A stretch of 64,000 bases of DNA from Podarcis liolepis (lineage: Eukaryota), in NCBI GenBank assembly GCA_965112155.1, contig OZ218102.1; one strand, given 5' to 3'. Numbering within the stretch: the first letter of the stretch is position 1; every line of letters starts with the position of its first letter. Positions 22,236 through 33,190 of this stretch are shown here, piece after piece. The position numbers and the translations under genes were made by a program. The notes below the pieces were generated by a model. It was given only the letters and a program-made list of their open reading frames with translations, was not told the origin of the DNA and did not search any database.

Positions 22236-23350
22236 AGGTTTACTTCTTCAGCTTCCATTTATTATATAAATTCATACATTAGTGGCACTTCCCATTTTTT
22301 TTCAATTTACAAAAGCATTCACTGCAGCCATTCAGTCCGTTATGAAAAACTAGGTCAAGCCATATAATTCCATTCATGCGCCTCTGTTTCTTTTTACCCT
22401 TCCATTCAGCTTTTATGCTTTAGTGACATTTTGCTTCAGAAAACAAAAATAAAAATTAGAAAGGTACAGTTTTGATATGTCACAGTATACATGATGAAAT
22501 GAGGCAATATCACAACTCCCCCTAGTCAGACTACGCAATCAATAATCGGAAAGAAAGGGGCTGGGGAGCACCTGAGTATGTCTCACGTGTACTGCAGCAA
22601 ACAAGTTATAAAACTGCTGCATTTCAATTAAGTGAGAGACTTTGGCCAAAGCACTGCATTCAGGGAGGTGAGCAGTAGAGTCTAGAAGCCAGGATTTGCA
22701 GTCTTCAGATCAATGACTCTGGAACTGTGTGCCAAGGCACTTCTGCAACCCACTTTGAGTCTACTGGGTAGAAAAGGAGGTAAAGCTAATAAATAAACGA
22801 ATTACACAGCAACCCAACCCCCCTTTTGCTCCAGGACTTGGGGAGTGCACGTTCAGACAACTCAGTAAGTCAGCCCATGATTTGATTCCTGGCACCACCT
22901 TATTGCAGCAGTCAAATTGAGTAAAACCTGAAAAAAATAATCTGCAAAAAAAAGAAGTCAAAAATATACTGACTTTTGCGATCTAGTGTTCTGTGTGACA
23001 TAGAATGTCATTAATTCATTTTATTAGAATCCCGGGCCTCTAGGTTTTGAAGTAGGTCTTTGATAAGGGTGTTTTTTTGTGCACAGAGAAAACCATACAG
23101 AAACTGATTGTTTCCATAAGCAGATATTTTGGATTATACCCATTTATTTGGTTGCTGGGTGATATACTTTAACTGTTATAGCAACCAATCAATGTGTATG
23201 GTTATTTAGGAAACATTAATTAGGAAGTTGGAAACTTGATTTAAATTCCTTCCATATATATAACCAGATTTAAAATCTCCTTGATTTAGAATGAATCAAC
23301 GTGGGTGATGACCAGAAGTACCTTTTAGTAATCTTATCCATTACCTAGAC

Positions 23351-23833
23351 CAGTGTTTCCCAACCTTTTTGGGGCAAAGGCACAGTTGTTTGATGAAAAA
23401 AATCTCGAGGCACACCACCATTACAGCCCCGTGACGTCAGCGCGCAGCGTCACGCCGGGAGGGACGCACGAAAGTGTAAGTTTCAATTTTTTTCCCTCCC
23501 CCTTGCCGGGGAACCTCCAAGCTTTAGGGGTGGGGGAGGAGGCAGCAAAGCGAGGCAGGAAGGAGAGCGCGGCTTGGCTGGGTGAGCTTTGGCAGGGGCA
23601 GGGAATGAGAGCCGCGAGGCGGGCGCTGCGGACGGAGGCGCTGCCCGCCGAGCTCGCAGGCAGCCAGGCAGGCAGACGGCGAGAGCCCCGCGCTGGGCGG
23701 CCTCTCCTCGCCGCCGCCGCCCCGCCTCTCGCTGCCCGACTCGCCCGCCTCCCTCCAGGCAACATCTCGCGGCACACCAGGCAACATCTCGCGGCACACT
23801 AGTGTGCCGCGGAACAGTGGTTGGGAAACACTG
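23351..23833 (-). mobile_element. Non-autonomous hAT element, same family as 18996-19831, opposite orientation, different interior
   Basis: Same 15-bp TIRs. Perfect TSD ACCTAGAC (23343-23350, 23834-23841). About 170 bp at one end, about 70 bp at the other and a 23-bp central block are shared with 18996-19831. Confidence 0.95.
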
Positions 23834-25206
23834 ACCTAGACTATGCTCCTTTTCAGCAAAAAGGGAACATTTGCACACTTGTCCATGTTTTTGTAACATC
23901 TAGGATTGTCTACTGAAATGTGCTCTGTGTAGGGCTAGCCTTGAAGATGGCACAGAAACTTCTAGCTAGTTCAGAATTTTGCAGCCTGCCTCCTGGTAGC
24001 TCACTGGAAGTGGGAACACAGTTAATCAATTCTGTAGCAAATGCATGGGTCAGCAATTAGGTTTTCTAAAAAGATATTATTCATAAAAGTCTTCACATGA
24101 ACCACAGAGGTGTCTTCTCCTCATGCAAACCCAGCTGCCATGTGTGTTCTGCATCTGCGAAAGGCACAGTCCCTTTCCTGAAATTGATTAAAAGAGGTGG
24201 AATGACGTCCCCAATGCATTCCATGGCTGTCATGTTCTTACAGCTTTTTTGGAGAGGATACAAAAAAGGCTTAGGGTTGCTGAGTGGCCGCTGCAACTTT
24301 GTGTTGCTGCTGCTACCACTAGTGCTGCATTTTATTGACAGTCCCCCCCCCATTTCTTTTCATTGTCGTTTAATGTTTTAATGTTTATTTTCTGTTTTCA
24401 TGGAGAGGCAATGTGCACATGTTTAAAGTAATATATATATATAATCACAGAAATATTGATTATTTCACTGTCATCCATAATACGTTACCATCAGAATTAG
24501 CAGCAACGCAGCTCCCAAACCATCAATGTGTCCAAATCAGAATAAATTGTTTCATTAGGCTAGTTTGCTCTCCCAGCTTTTAGTACACAGAACAGCTTAT
24601 TCTAGGCTGCAGTGTCATAAATAAAAGAAAAGGGCTTAGGCACCAGGTAGCAGGTGTGCCTTTCTTGTCCATATAAACAAGGCCAAATGGCAGGCAGGAA
24701 AGCAACACAGGAGAGGTTTAATTAACAAACTGCTGAGATCTTGTATTCAATGATTCACAACTGCAAAATTAAAAAAAGGTTTTTCCTTTCCCATGAATAT
24801 TTGAAGGGAGACATGATCAAAGCCCTTTCCGTTTTACAGGTATCTCAAAAACTTCCTTCCAATTAAACGCAGAAATAAGCACAGACTCAAAATGTCACGC
24901 TGCACAGCTCTTGTCTAGCAACTATGCGAGGGAGACTCCTTTGAGCATCTTGTTGATGAAACTGTACTTGAATCCTGGATCAACAAAGAGCCCAGGCTTC
25001 AACCCAGAGAGGAATAGAAGGGGGTGAGCTTTCCTGCCCCCCAGGCCTTGGCAAGGAAAAGCCAAAAAGAACTTGGGTAATTTCCCAAGCCAACCCAAGG
25101 CTCTGAAAAACGACCCTCTCCTGGTCAGGGAAATCCAAGGCACTGCAATTTTGCCCCACCCCTAAGCTAGGATATCTTTCCCAGGGTGGGACATGTTTTC
25201 AAAGCA

Positions 25207-25257
<51 letters not shown>

Positions 25258-25596
25258 TTATTTGTACCCCGCCCCTCTGGCTGGGTTTCCCCAGCCACTC
25301 TGGGTGGCTTCCAACAAAGATTAAAAATACATTAAAATGTCACACATTAAAAACTTCCCCGAACAGGGCTACCTTCAGATGTCTTCTAAATGTCAGGTAG
25401 TTGTTTATCTCTTTGACATCTGATGGGAGGGCATTCCACAGAGAAGGCCCTCTGCCTGGTTCCCTGTAGCTTTGCTTCTCGCAATGAGGGAACCACCAGA
25501 AGGCCCTCGGCGCTGGACCTCAGCGTCCAGGCAGAACAATGAGGGTGGAGATGCTCCTTCAGGTATACTGGGCCAAGGCTGTTTAGGACTTTAAAG
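25207..25596 (-). mobile_element. L2-clade LINE 3' fragment with (ATT)n tail
   Basis: Minus-strand peptide FKVLNSLGPVYLKEHLHPH..AWTLRSS..GLLVVP. Colinear with about 30730-31133. (AAT)n at 25207-25257. Confidence 0.9.
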
Positions 25597-27929
25597 TAGC
25601 TACCTTGGCAAAGCAGCAAAGAAAGATCTCCTGGAAAGTGAGGAGGAGGGAGCTAACACTGCACAAGTTTACAAAACTTGAAAAAAGATCATCTCCCAAA
25701 GTTCTAATTCTTCCCCTTAAGACACAATGGAGAAATCTAAAATGTATCCACCTGTTTAGATGTTCCTTAGGAAAACTGTTGCTACAGAGTTTTGATACAA
25801 AATGGCCTGCTTAACCCACTTAAAAATAAAAATAAATTGACACATGAGCAAAGCAGCTCCAGAGGCCTTTCAGGGCTTAAATAGCAACATAATAAACAGT
25901 GCTTTTCCAACTGTGTTCCTAGGATATCTTACGAGTTCCTTAGAATAGTAACAATAGTTATTCAATAACGGTAAGGAGCTTTCCTAAAGACAGCTTGTAT
26001 ACATTGCTACAAATTTTCAGAAGCAACAATGAAGCCCAAGCAGTCTGGCCGGCACCATTTGGTAACTGAGACTGCATCCTGCGATGCTACCCATCATCCT
26101 CTGCTATGCATGTGGGTTTTGCAGTGAACAGTCAGGGTTTCAAGCAAACATGCTTGAATTCATGTACAGTGAATGAAGCTTCCACCTATTGCAGTGTTGA
26201 AAGTCAATGCATTTGATAACCAACAGCTAATCCATTTTGTTGTTGTTTATTGAACTGTATTAATTGTTTTGATTAATTTGTTGTTCTTGCTTGCTTTATA
26301 TGCTACTGTGTTTGATATTATAGAGAATGAAATGTTTGTTGTTCTTACTGCTGTTGTGATTATTGCGAGCCGCTTTGAGCTCAACATTTGGAAAAGTGGA
26401 ATACAAATATTACAAAATTCTTCCCATCTGAATTTCTACCTGCCCTTTAAGGTTCTGAATGATCTATTTGGTTTTAGAGCAGCAGCACTGTGTTAGTGAT
26501 ATACAATTTGTTCACACTTGCCAATTTCCATACTTGATTCAGACTGCTCAGTTTGCTACAAAAATCCCTCTCCCCGCTTACAGATTACTAATGTGTGCTG
26601 ATTAAAAACTCTGCACAAAAGCAGAATTTTGACATGACAAATGATAGCCAACATTCCCCTTTGGGCAGCGTTTTGTTCAATGCACATCTGCACTCACGTG
26701 CATTGGTGGCCGTAAGTAAAACACAGACATGAAGTGAAAATTGCTGCTAAAGAGCACAGGAGCCAATTCTGAAATTAATTTTCGCAATTAAACTGAAAGG
26801 TAGGCAGAGCAGAACACGAAGCAGAGCCAACCTACAGAACAGAGATAAAGTGGAACTGGGGACATCCACTCATCCCCAGTGAACAGACACATGAATCAAG
26901 TCTATTAGATAGGCCCCTAGGAAGCCTTTCCACGTACTGGTTATTTTTAACAGCGGCTGAAAAGCTCTGAATAAGCATTCCTCTTGGCAGTTTCCCCAGC
27001 TACTGACAATACCCATCATTGCTACCTGAACTGGCCCCACCTACGATTCCATGCCAAAGCAACACTGGTTGCTGCTGCTGCTGCTGCTGCTACTTTTCTG
27101 GAAAGATATGCTGGACTTGCAATGCAATGGTTTGCAAGAAAAGGGGCTTTATGAAATGGTTGACCTTTTGCTTTGATCTCAGCAGCTGATTCCACATGGA
27201 TGAAAGCAGACTGACACAACTGTGTGAAGTAACTACCGTGTACATTAGGCTGCAGAGATGTGTCTCTGTAAGATTTATAGTGTAATCCATAGGTTTTGCT
27301 TACGTAACACAGGAGGCCAATGTGTAGTTGTTACTCAGTCGCTGCAAAGCAGCAGCATCCACAGGAGTGTAATGAGACCAAGGGCCCTCCTAGGCCAACA
27401 TCCTGTTTGAGGCCTGATTTCTTTAGGCCTGCAAGCAAGACATGAAGGCAAGAGCCCTACCCTGCTGTTTGACCTCCAGCAACATCTGGAGATGCATTAT
27501 TGTCTCCGAATCAGGAGGTTCTATTTAGTCATGGACTAAAGATGTCAGAGAGAAAGCAGCTCAATAAGCACCTGCTAAACCAAAACTGGTTTGTAATATC
27601 CATTCCCTCTCCAAAGGGAACTGGATTTCAGAGACAGAGTAGTAGGGAGAAGGAGTGGCCTAGGGGTCTCTAATACCAGATACCAACTTATCAGGAGGTC
27701 TGTTCTGTACCATGTTGGAAATTAGCCTTCAGCTTGGCAGCAGCCACCCTTTGCAACACCCTCCGATTGCAATCAGGCAGGTGCTGTCTCCACTGCCTTG
27801 GGAACATCTTTTGAAGACCTTCCTTTTGCAACAGTGGATTTTTTTTTCTCCCAGTATATCTGCATGGGATTTGAAATTGTTTTTCATATATTAAATCCTT
27901 TTAATTATCCCTATAACATGAAGTGGCTC

Positions 27930-28150
27930 TGTTTTATTTGTTTATGACAGTTCCATCCCACCTGTCCTTCAAGGAGCTCAAGGGGGCACATGTCAGTCTT
28001 CCTTGCCCCATTTTATCCTCACCACCACCCTTTGAATAACAGGTTAGGCTATGAGATGGTGACCCACGGTCACCCAACGCGTTTCATGGCTGAAGTGGGG
28101 ATTAGAACTCTAATCTCCCAGGTCCTAGCCCAATATTCATTCTAACCACA
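27930..28150 (-). mobile_element. Old Ther1/Squam3-like SINE
   Basis: CCCCATTTTATCCTCACC...GGTTAGGCT...CCCACGGTCACCCA...GGGGATTAGAACTC...TCTAACCAC. Homologous to 53690-53885. Confidence 0.7.
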
Positions 28151-30124
28151 TTGTTTGTATTGCATTTATATATGGGTTCCCCCCCACCCCACTCCTTGCT
28201 GAAGCTTTTATTGTTAAATTGGTTTGTGATGTTTGGTAGGAAGTGGTATGGAAATAAATGAATAAACCACAGAATTCTTACCATACTACACTTCCCAGGA
28301 TCCTTTGGGGGGAAGCACATGACTGTTAAAACATAGCATAGACCTTGTAGCATAGACCTTTCTTTACAAAAATGCATGCTGAAAGCTCCTTGGCTGTATT
28401 GAATCATGCCTATATACCTTTTTTTCAGTAAACTCATTGGAATGATAGCCTGACACAGCACGACACCCTGTCCAGTATCTTGCTTCTGTCAAAAATGTGA
28501 CTTTTAGAAGCTTCTCTGTCTTTGAAGCTCCATCCAATGCATTTCACAATGACTCTTGTGCACCCAAATTCACATTCACAGGGTGAGTAAATTAGCCCAA
28601 TCAATATATTTCTCACAGTGCATCACTAACAAATTAATTATAAAACCCCTTTCAAGCATTATCTCCACTTATTGAGCAAATTCAGCAAAACATGGCATTC
28701 CTTGTTACTATCTGGTTTCTGACAGTCCTAACAATCACACTGATTGAACCTTCAGTACAAAGTTTATCTTCCCATCAATCTTATCTTTAATAGCCTGTCA
28801 GGTAAAAGAGATAGGGGGACGGGGGAGGGGGGAGTACAGATCCACTTGCTAGGAATCCAGATAATTCTTTTTAAGTTGTGCAAGCGAATGAGGAAAATCC
28901 CTATCAGAACATCTGTCAAAAATTAACACCTTAATACAGATTTTCATGTGGAAAAATTGCATTTAGATGAAAAATCTGATGTGAGAACTCAGTGTGGAAT
29001 CTTTGATCTTTCACTCTGGATGGCATGCATATTAAAATGATCCAAATACCAGATCTTGCCAGGTACTAGCAACTTGGGAAGAACCCATGGAGCTGGACTG
29101 TTTCCGCAATTTTTCACTGCACATTACTGCTTCTAAGAGTCAAATTGGCCACTTTTTAATAAATAAAAAAAGCACTTTCAACATGAATCACCTTTCAGCA
29201 TAATGGTACCAGTAACTGCCCCAGTAATACTGTCCCTATGGAGCAATCATACAGGCCTCTACACTTTTGATATTCCATCACTTACTGAAAATGTTTTTGT
29301 TTCACCAAGCATTTTTAGATAATTTATTTGATTCATTGCTTGTCATTTGATCTGTATGTAATGTTTTTAAGGTGTTTTGATTATTCTACTGTACACCACC
29401 ATGATTTTTCTGATGAGTTGGTGGCTTATTTAAATAATAATAATCTTACGGGGAGGAGATCCAAAAAGTCCACAGGAGAAAAGCAACCAGGCGGAGGATT
29501 GACTAGTGGAGATAAGATTAAAAACCACCAAAAGAACATTATACTCCTTAGATTGGCCCTAAGTCACCTTACAATGTCATGCCTGATTCTTTTTCTGATA
29601 CATTTCCAGGCTTAAAAATAAATAAATCAAAAATCAAATGCAAATACTCACATGTGCAACAAAATGCCTATTTGATGACCATTATTAATGCAACTAAACT
29701 AAAAACCCTTTTGGAAGTATATCATTAATGAACATATCTGAAAGCAGTTCTTCCACTCAACTATGAACAACCCTTTAAGGAATGAACCCAGCGCATACAT
29801 CTCCGCTTTCAGAAAAAGCTTGTTTAGTGGTCAAATTCCAGTACAGATAATAGCCAAATGAGAAAACATTGCTACAGGCAGGCAATTATATCAACAGCTC
29901 CAGGGCTAGATTAAAGCAGCCTTATTCTGAGCCATCTTGGGACACCTATCCAGGAAATGTGCAAGCTTGGACTGTCCTGAAAACCACAAATATTTCTCTT
30001 ATTCATGGGGAATGAGTAACAGGGACAATGTATTCCTCCTCAACCGTTCCCACATTTCATTTAACAAGCTGCACTCTGAAATGGCTACGGCATTTCAACT
30101 AACTAGAAAACAGTTGCATATTAA

Positions 30125-31087
30125 ATTGTTTCAACATATGAAGTCACTGGGAGAGATCATCAGGTGATTTGGGCTGGGTGTTCATCAGTATGCGGATGAT
30201 ACCCAGTTCTACCTCTCTTTTAAATCGGAACCAGTAAAGGCAGTGAATTTCCTGTGTGAGTGTCTGGAGGCGGTTGGAGGATGGATAGCGGCTAACAGAT
30301 TGAGGCTGAATCCTGACAAGACAGAAGTAGTGTGGGGGACTCCCTGGTCTTGAATGGGGTAACTGTGTCCCTGAAGGACCAGGTGCACAGCCTGTGAGTC
30401 ATTTTGGACTCACAGCTGTCCATGGAGACGTAGGTCATTTCAGTGTCCCGGGCAGCTGTCTACCAGCTCCATCTGGTAGACTGGCTTGCCTGCCTGCAGA
30501 CTGTCTCACCCGAGAGGTGCATGCTCTGGTTATCTCCTGTCTGGACTACTGCAATGCGCTCTACATGGGGTTACCTTTGAATGTGACTCAGAAACTACAA
30601 CTAATACAGAATGTAGCAGCTAAACTGGTGACTGGGAGCAGCCTTCGGGACCATTTAACACTGGTCCTAAAGGATCTTCACTCGCTCCCAGTATGTTTTC
30701 AAGCACAATTCAAAGTGTTAGTGCTGACCTTTAAAACCCTAACGGCCTCGGCCCAGTATACCTGAAGGAGCATCTCCACCCTCATCACTCAGCCTGGACA
30801 CTGAGGTCTTCCTCCAACTCTTATGGCAGTTCCCTCACTGTGAGAAGTGAAGTTACAGGGAACCAGGCAGAGGGGCCTTCTTGGCAGTGGCACCCTCCCT
30901 GTGCAACACCCTCCCATCAGATGTCAATATAATAATAATGAAAATGAGATAAAGAATTATACGGCTTTTAGAAGACATCTGAAGGCAAGCCTAAATCGGG
31001 AAGTTTCTAATGTTTGATGTTTTTATATGTCCTGTAAGCCGCCCAGAGTGGCTGGGAAAACCCAGCCAGATGGGTGGGGTATAAATA

Positions 31088-31133
<46 letters not shown>
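30125..31133 (+). mobile_element. L2-clade LINE, 5'-truncated (RT C-terminal half, 3' UTR and (ATT)n tail), inactivated
   Basis: LGEIIR*FGLGVHQYADDTQFYLSF contains the RT YADD motif with an in-frame stop just upstream. Also LRLNPDKTEV and VHALVISCLDYCNALYMGLP...KLQLIQNVAAKLV. (ATT)n tail at 31089-31133. Confidence 0.93.
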
Positions 31134-31834
31134 GTGTATCAGGAGTCCTGAATACTTGAAAAGTCTGAAAAGAGGACAGTTGTATCTATTTAGATCCCTT
31201 TCTGTGCATTCCTTATTATTTGTGCTTATGATGGTATCAGGGTGTCCAGATGTGACCCCATTTTCAATATGATTTGTGGCTGCAAATGTTTTTGGATGGG
31301 CTTTTTTGGGGGGGGGGGGTGTCACAGTGCTTCATTTCCAGCCAGGGCATATAGTGAAACTTGCTGTTGAAATGCTGTCACATTTTATGCCACAAATGGG
31401 CCCATCAAAGAGCAATTAAAGTGGAAGCATCACAGAGCAAACCAGAAGCAGAAGAAACACTATTATTGTGTCAAGAGCAGGTTGCAGAATACCCACAATA
31501 AAACAGCAGCCTGGAGGGGCCCAAACAACCCAGATATGTGCATTTTCTCTCCATTCCTCTGTCCCCCCCCCCTCCCCAAATACAGGATAACTAGCATCTA
31601 CTCAATAAATCAGGATGTGGCGTTGGACTTTACTTGTTCCATTGCCTCTGCGTACACTTGAACCTAATTCCCTTTCCCCCCTAGCAAAAGCTAACAATCT
31701 TGCACTGCAAAAGGAAGGAAAAGAGCAGGGCTTGAGTGAGGGAGTGGGAAGAACAAGGGAATATGTGGATTGTTTGGGAGGGATAGACAAAGGGAGAGGT
31801 CATCTTTTGTCTTGTGACTCTTACTCATGTGATG

Positions 31835-32097
31835 CCCACATCTACAGTACACCATACAGTACATGCAAAGCAGTCTTTATACAACCTTGACAGTCATAGC
31901 TTCCCCCACCAAAGTATCCTGGAATACTGTTAGTTTGTTAAGGTTGCGGGGAACTGTAGCTCTGTCGGGGGGGGGGGGGTTGTCTCCTATTAAAGCTCAG
32001 TACCATCAACGAACTACAGTTCCCAGTACTGGGGGGGGGGGGAGAAGCCATGACTGTTAAGGTGGTATAAGAATGTTTACATGTTTGGTGTAGATTG
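31835..32097. mobile_element. Quasi-palindromic MITE-like repeat (related fragments at about 28280-28350 and 32720-32850)
   Basis: Arms ACAGTCATAGCTTCCCCC / GGGAGAAGCCATGACTGT, GGAACTGTAG / CTACAGTTCC, and TACACCA / TGGTGTAGA. Confidence 0.6.
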
Positions 32098-32924
32098 ACG
32101 TGCAAGTCTTAAACTGGGGAATTTCAGCCACCCTGAACCTTCTGGGTTTTTTTCAAAAGCCCTCAAGGAAGGCAGGATGAGGCTCCCTCTACTTGCCCTC
32201 TTCACCTTCTGTCAAAGCCATTTAGCTACTTTCAAATTCTCTTTGTGAAAGAACTAGGCCATTCTGGCATCTATCTCCTCATAAGGCAGAATTTCCTCCC
32301 TTTAAAACACATTTAGATAGGTCAGACCTGGAACGTAAAAATGTAAATTAAAAAAAATTAGCTGTGTATATTCCACATGGAATGCTGCTAGAAATAATTA
32401 AAGAATGCATAATTTCAGTTCGAGAGGATGCTGTTTTAAATACAGATTTCTCCACAATTATTGTTATTAGATCAAACTGCTGCCATTCCTCAAAATGGCA
32501 CAGAGCAAAAATGTCAACAAATAAATAAGCAGAATCAAAACGACCTTCCCACAACCAGGATCTGTTATCCTAGATGCAAATTAATGGCATTACTCATGAA
32601 TTCCTAACACAAAGCAGGTTATTGAATGAGTGTGTCATAGAGGAAATAATGCATTTTTTGTGTGTACCTGTAAAATCTCTAATTTTACATCTGTAAAATT
32701 ACAGATTCACCCTAGTTCAACAGTCATTCCATCTCCCATGGGAACTGTGGTTATATAAGGAAGAGAATGGGACCAGGGTTTCTTAAGACAGAATTATCAG
32801 CACCCACAACAAACTGCAGTTCCCAGAACCTTTTATGAGAAACATGTTTAATTAATAATAAATAAATATCCCATGTCCTTGCAGCTGCGTTCTCAAAATA
32901 CCAATTCTTACTGGTATTTTACTT

Positions 32925-33190
32925 GATTTGTTTTATTTATTAATAAAAGCATTTATGTACCACCCTCTCATAAATTGTCAGAGTGACGTTCAGCAATATA
33001 AAAACAGTTAGAAACCATTAAAATGACAGGCTACTCAATAAAGCGTTAAGCAACTGCACAGGCCTGTCAGCATTAAAAAAAAAAACACGGGTTCAAGAGA
33101 CACCTGGAAGTTAAAAGTCAGGATGCCTGCCGAATCTCTGCTGGACGGACAATCCACAGCATGAGACAGGAGACACTAAATGCCCAACTC
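32925..33190 (-). mobile_element. Degraded L2-type 3' remnant
   Basis: AT-rich reverse tail followed by CAGGATGCCTGCCGAATCTCTGCTGG...CCACAG...GACACTAAATGCCC, similar to the 3' part of 14355-14983. Confidence 0.5.

Noticed and set aside
23353-23899. 149-aa, 138-aa and 118-aa ORFs, and a CpG island marking a resident gene start
   Set aside because: The CpG-rich DNA lies entirely within the hAT element with an exact TSD, so it was inserted here. The ORFs are GC-content artefacts.
24922-24975. Minus-strand terminal exon ending FKYSFINKMLKGVSLA-stop
   Set aside because: Not a protein C-terminus I recognise, a competing AG interrupts the tract, and no partner exons were found.
31308-32043. Long G homopolymers (also about 8113, 9277, 14395, 42848, 48338) as a regulatory signal
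   Set aside because: They are scattered, often at G-rich positions of repeats, and are explained by slippage or homopolymer sequencing error.
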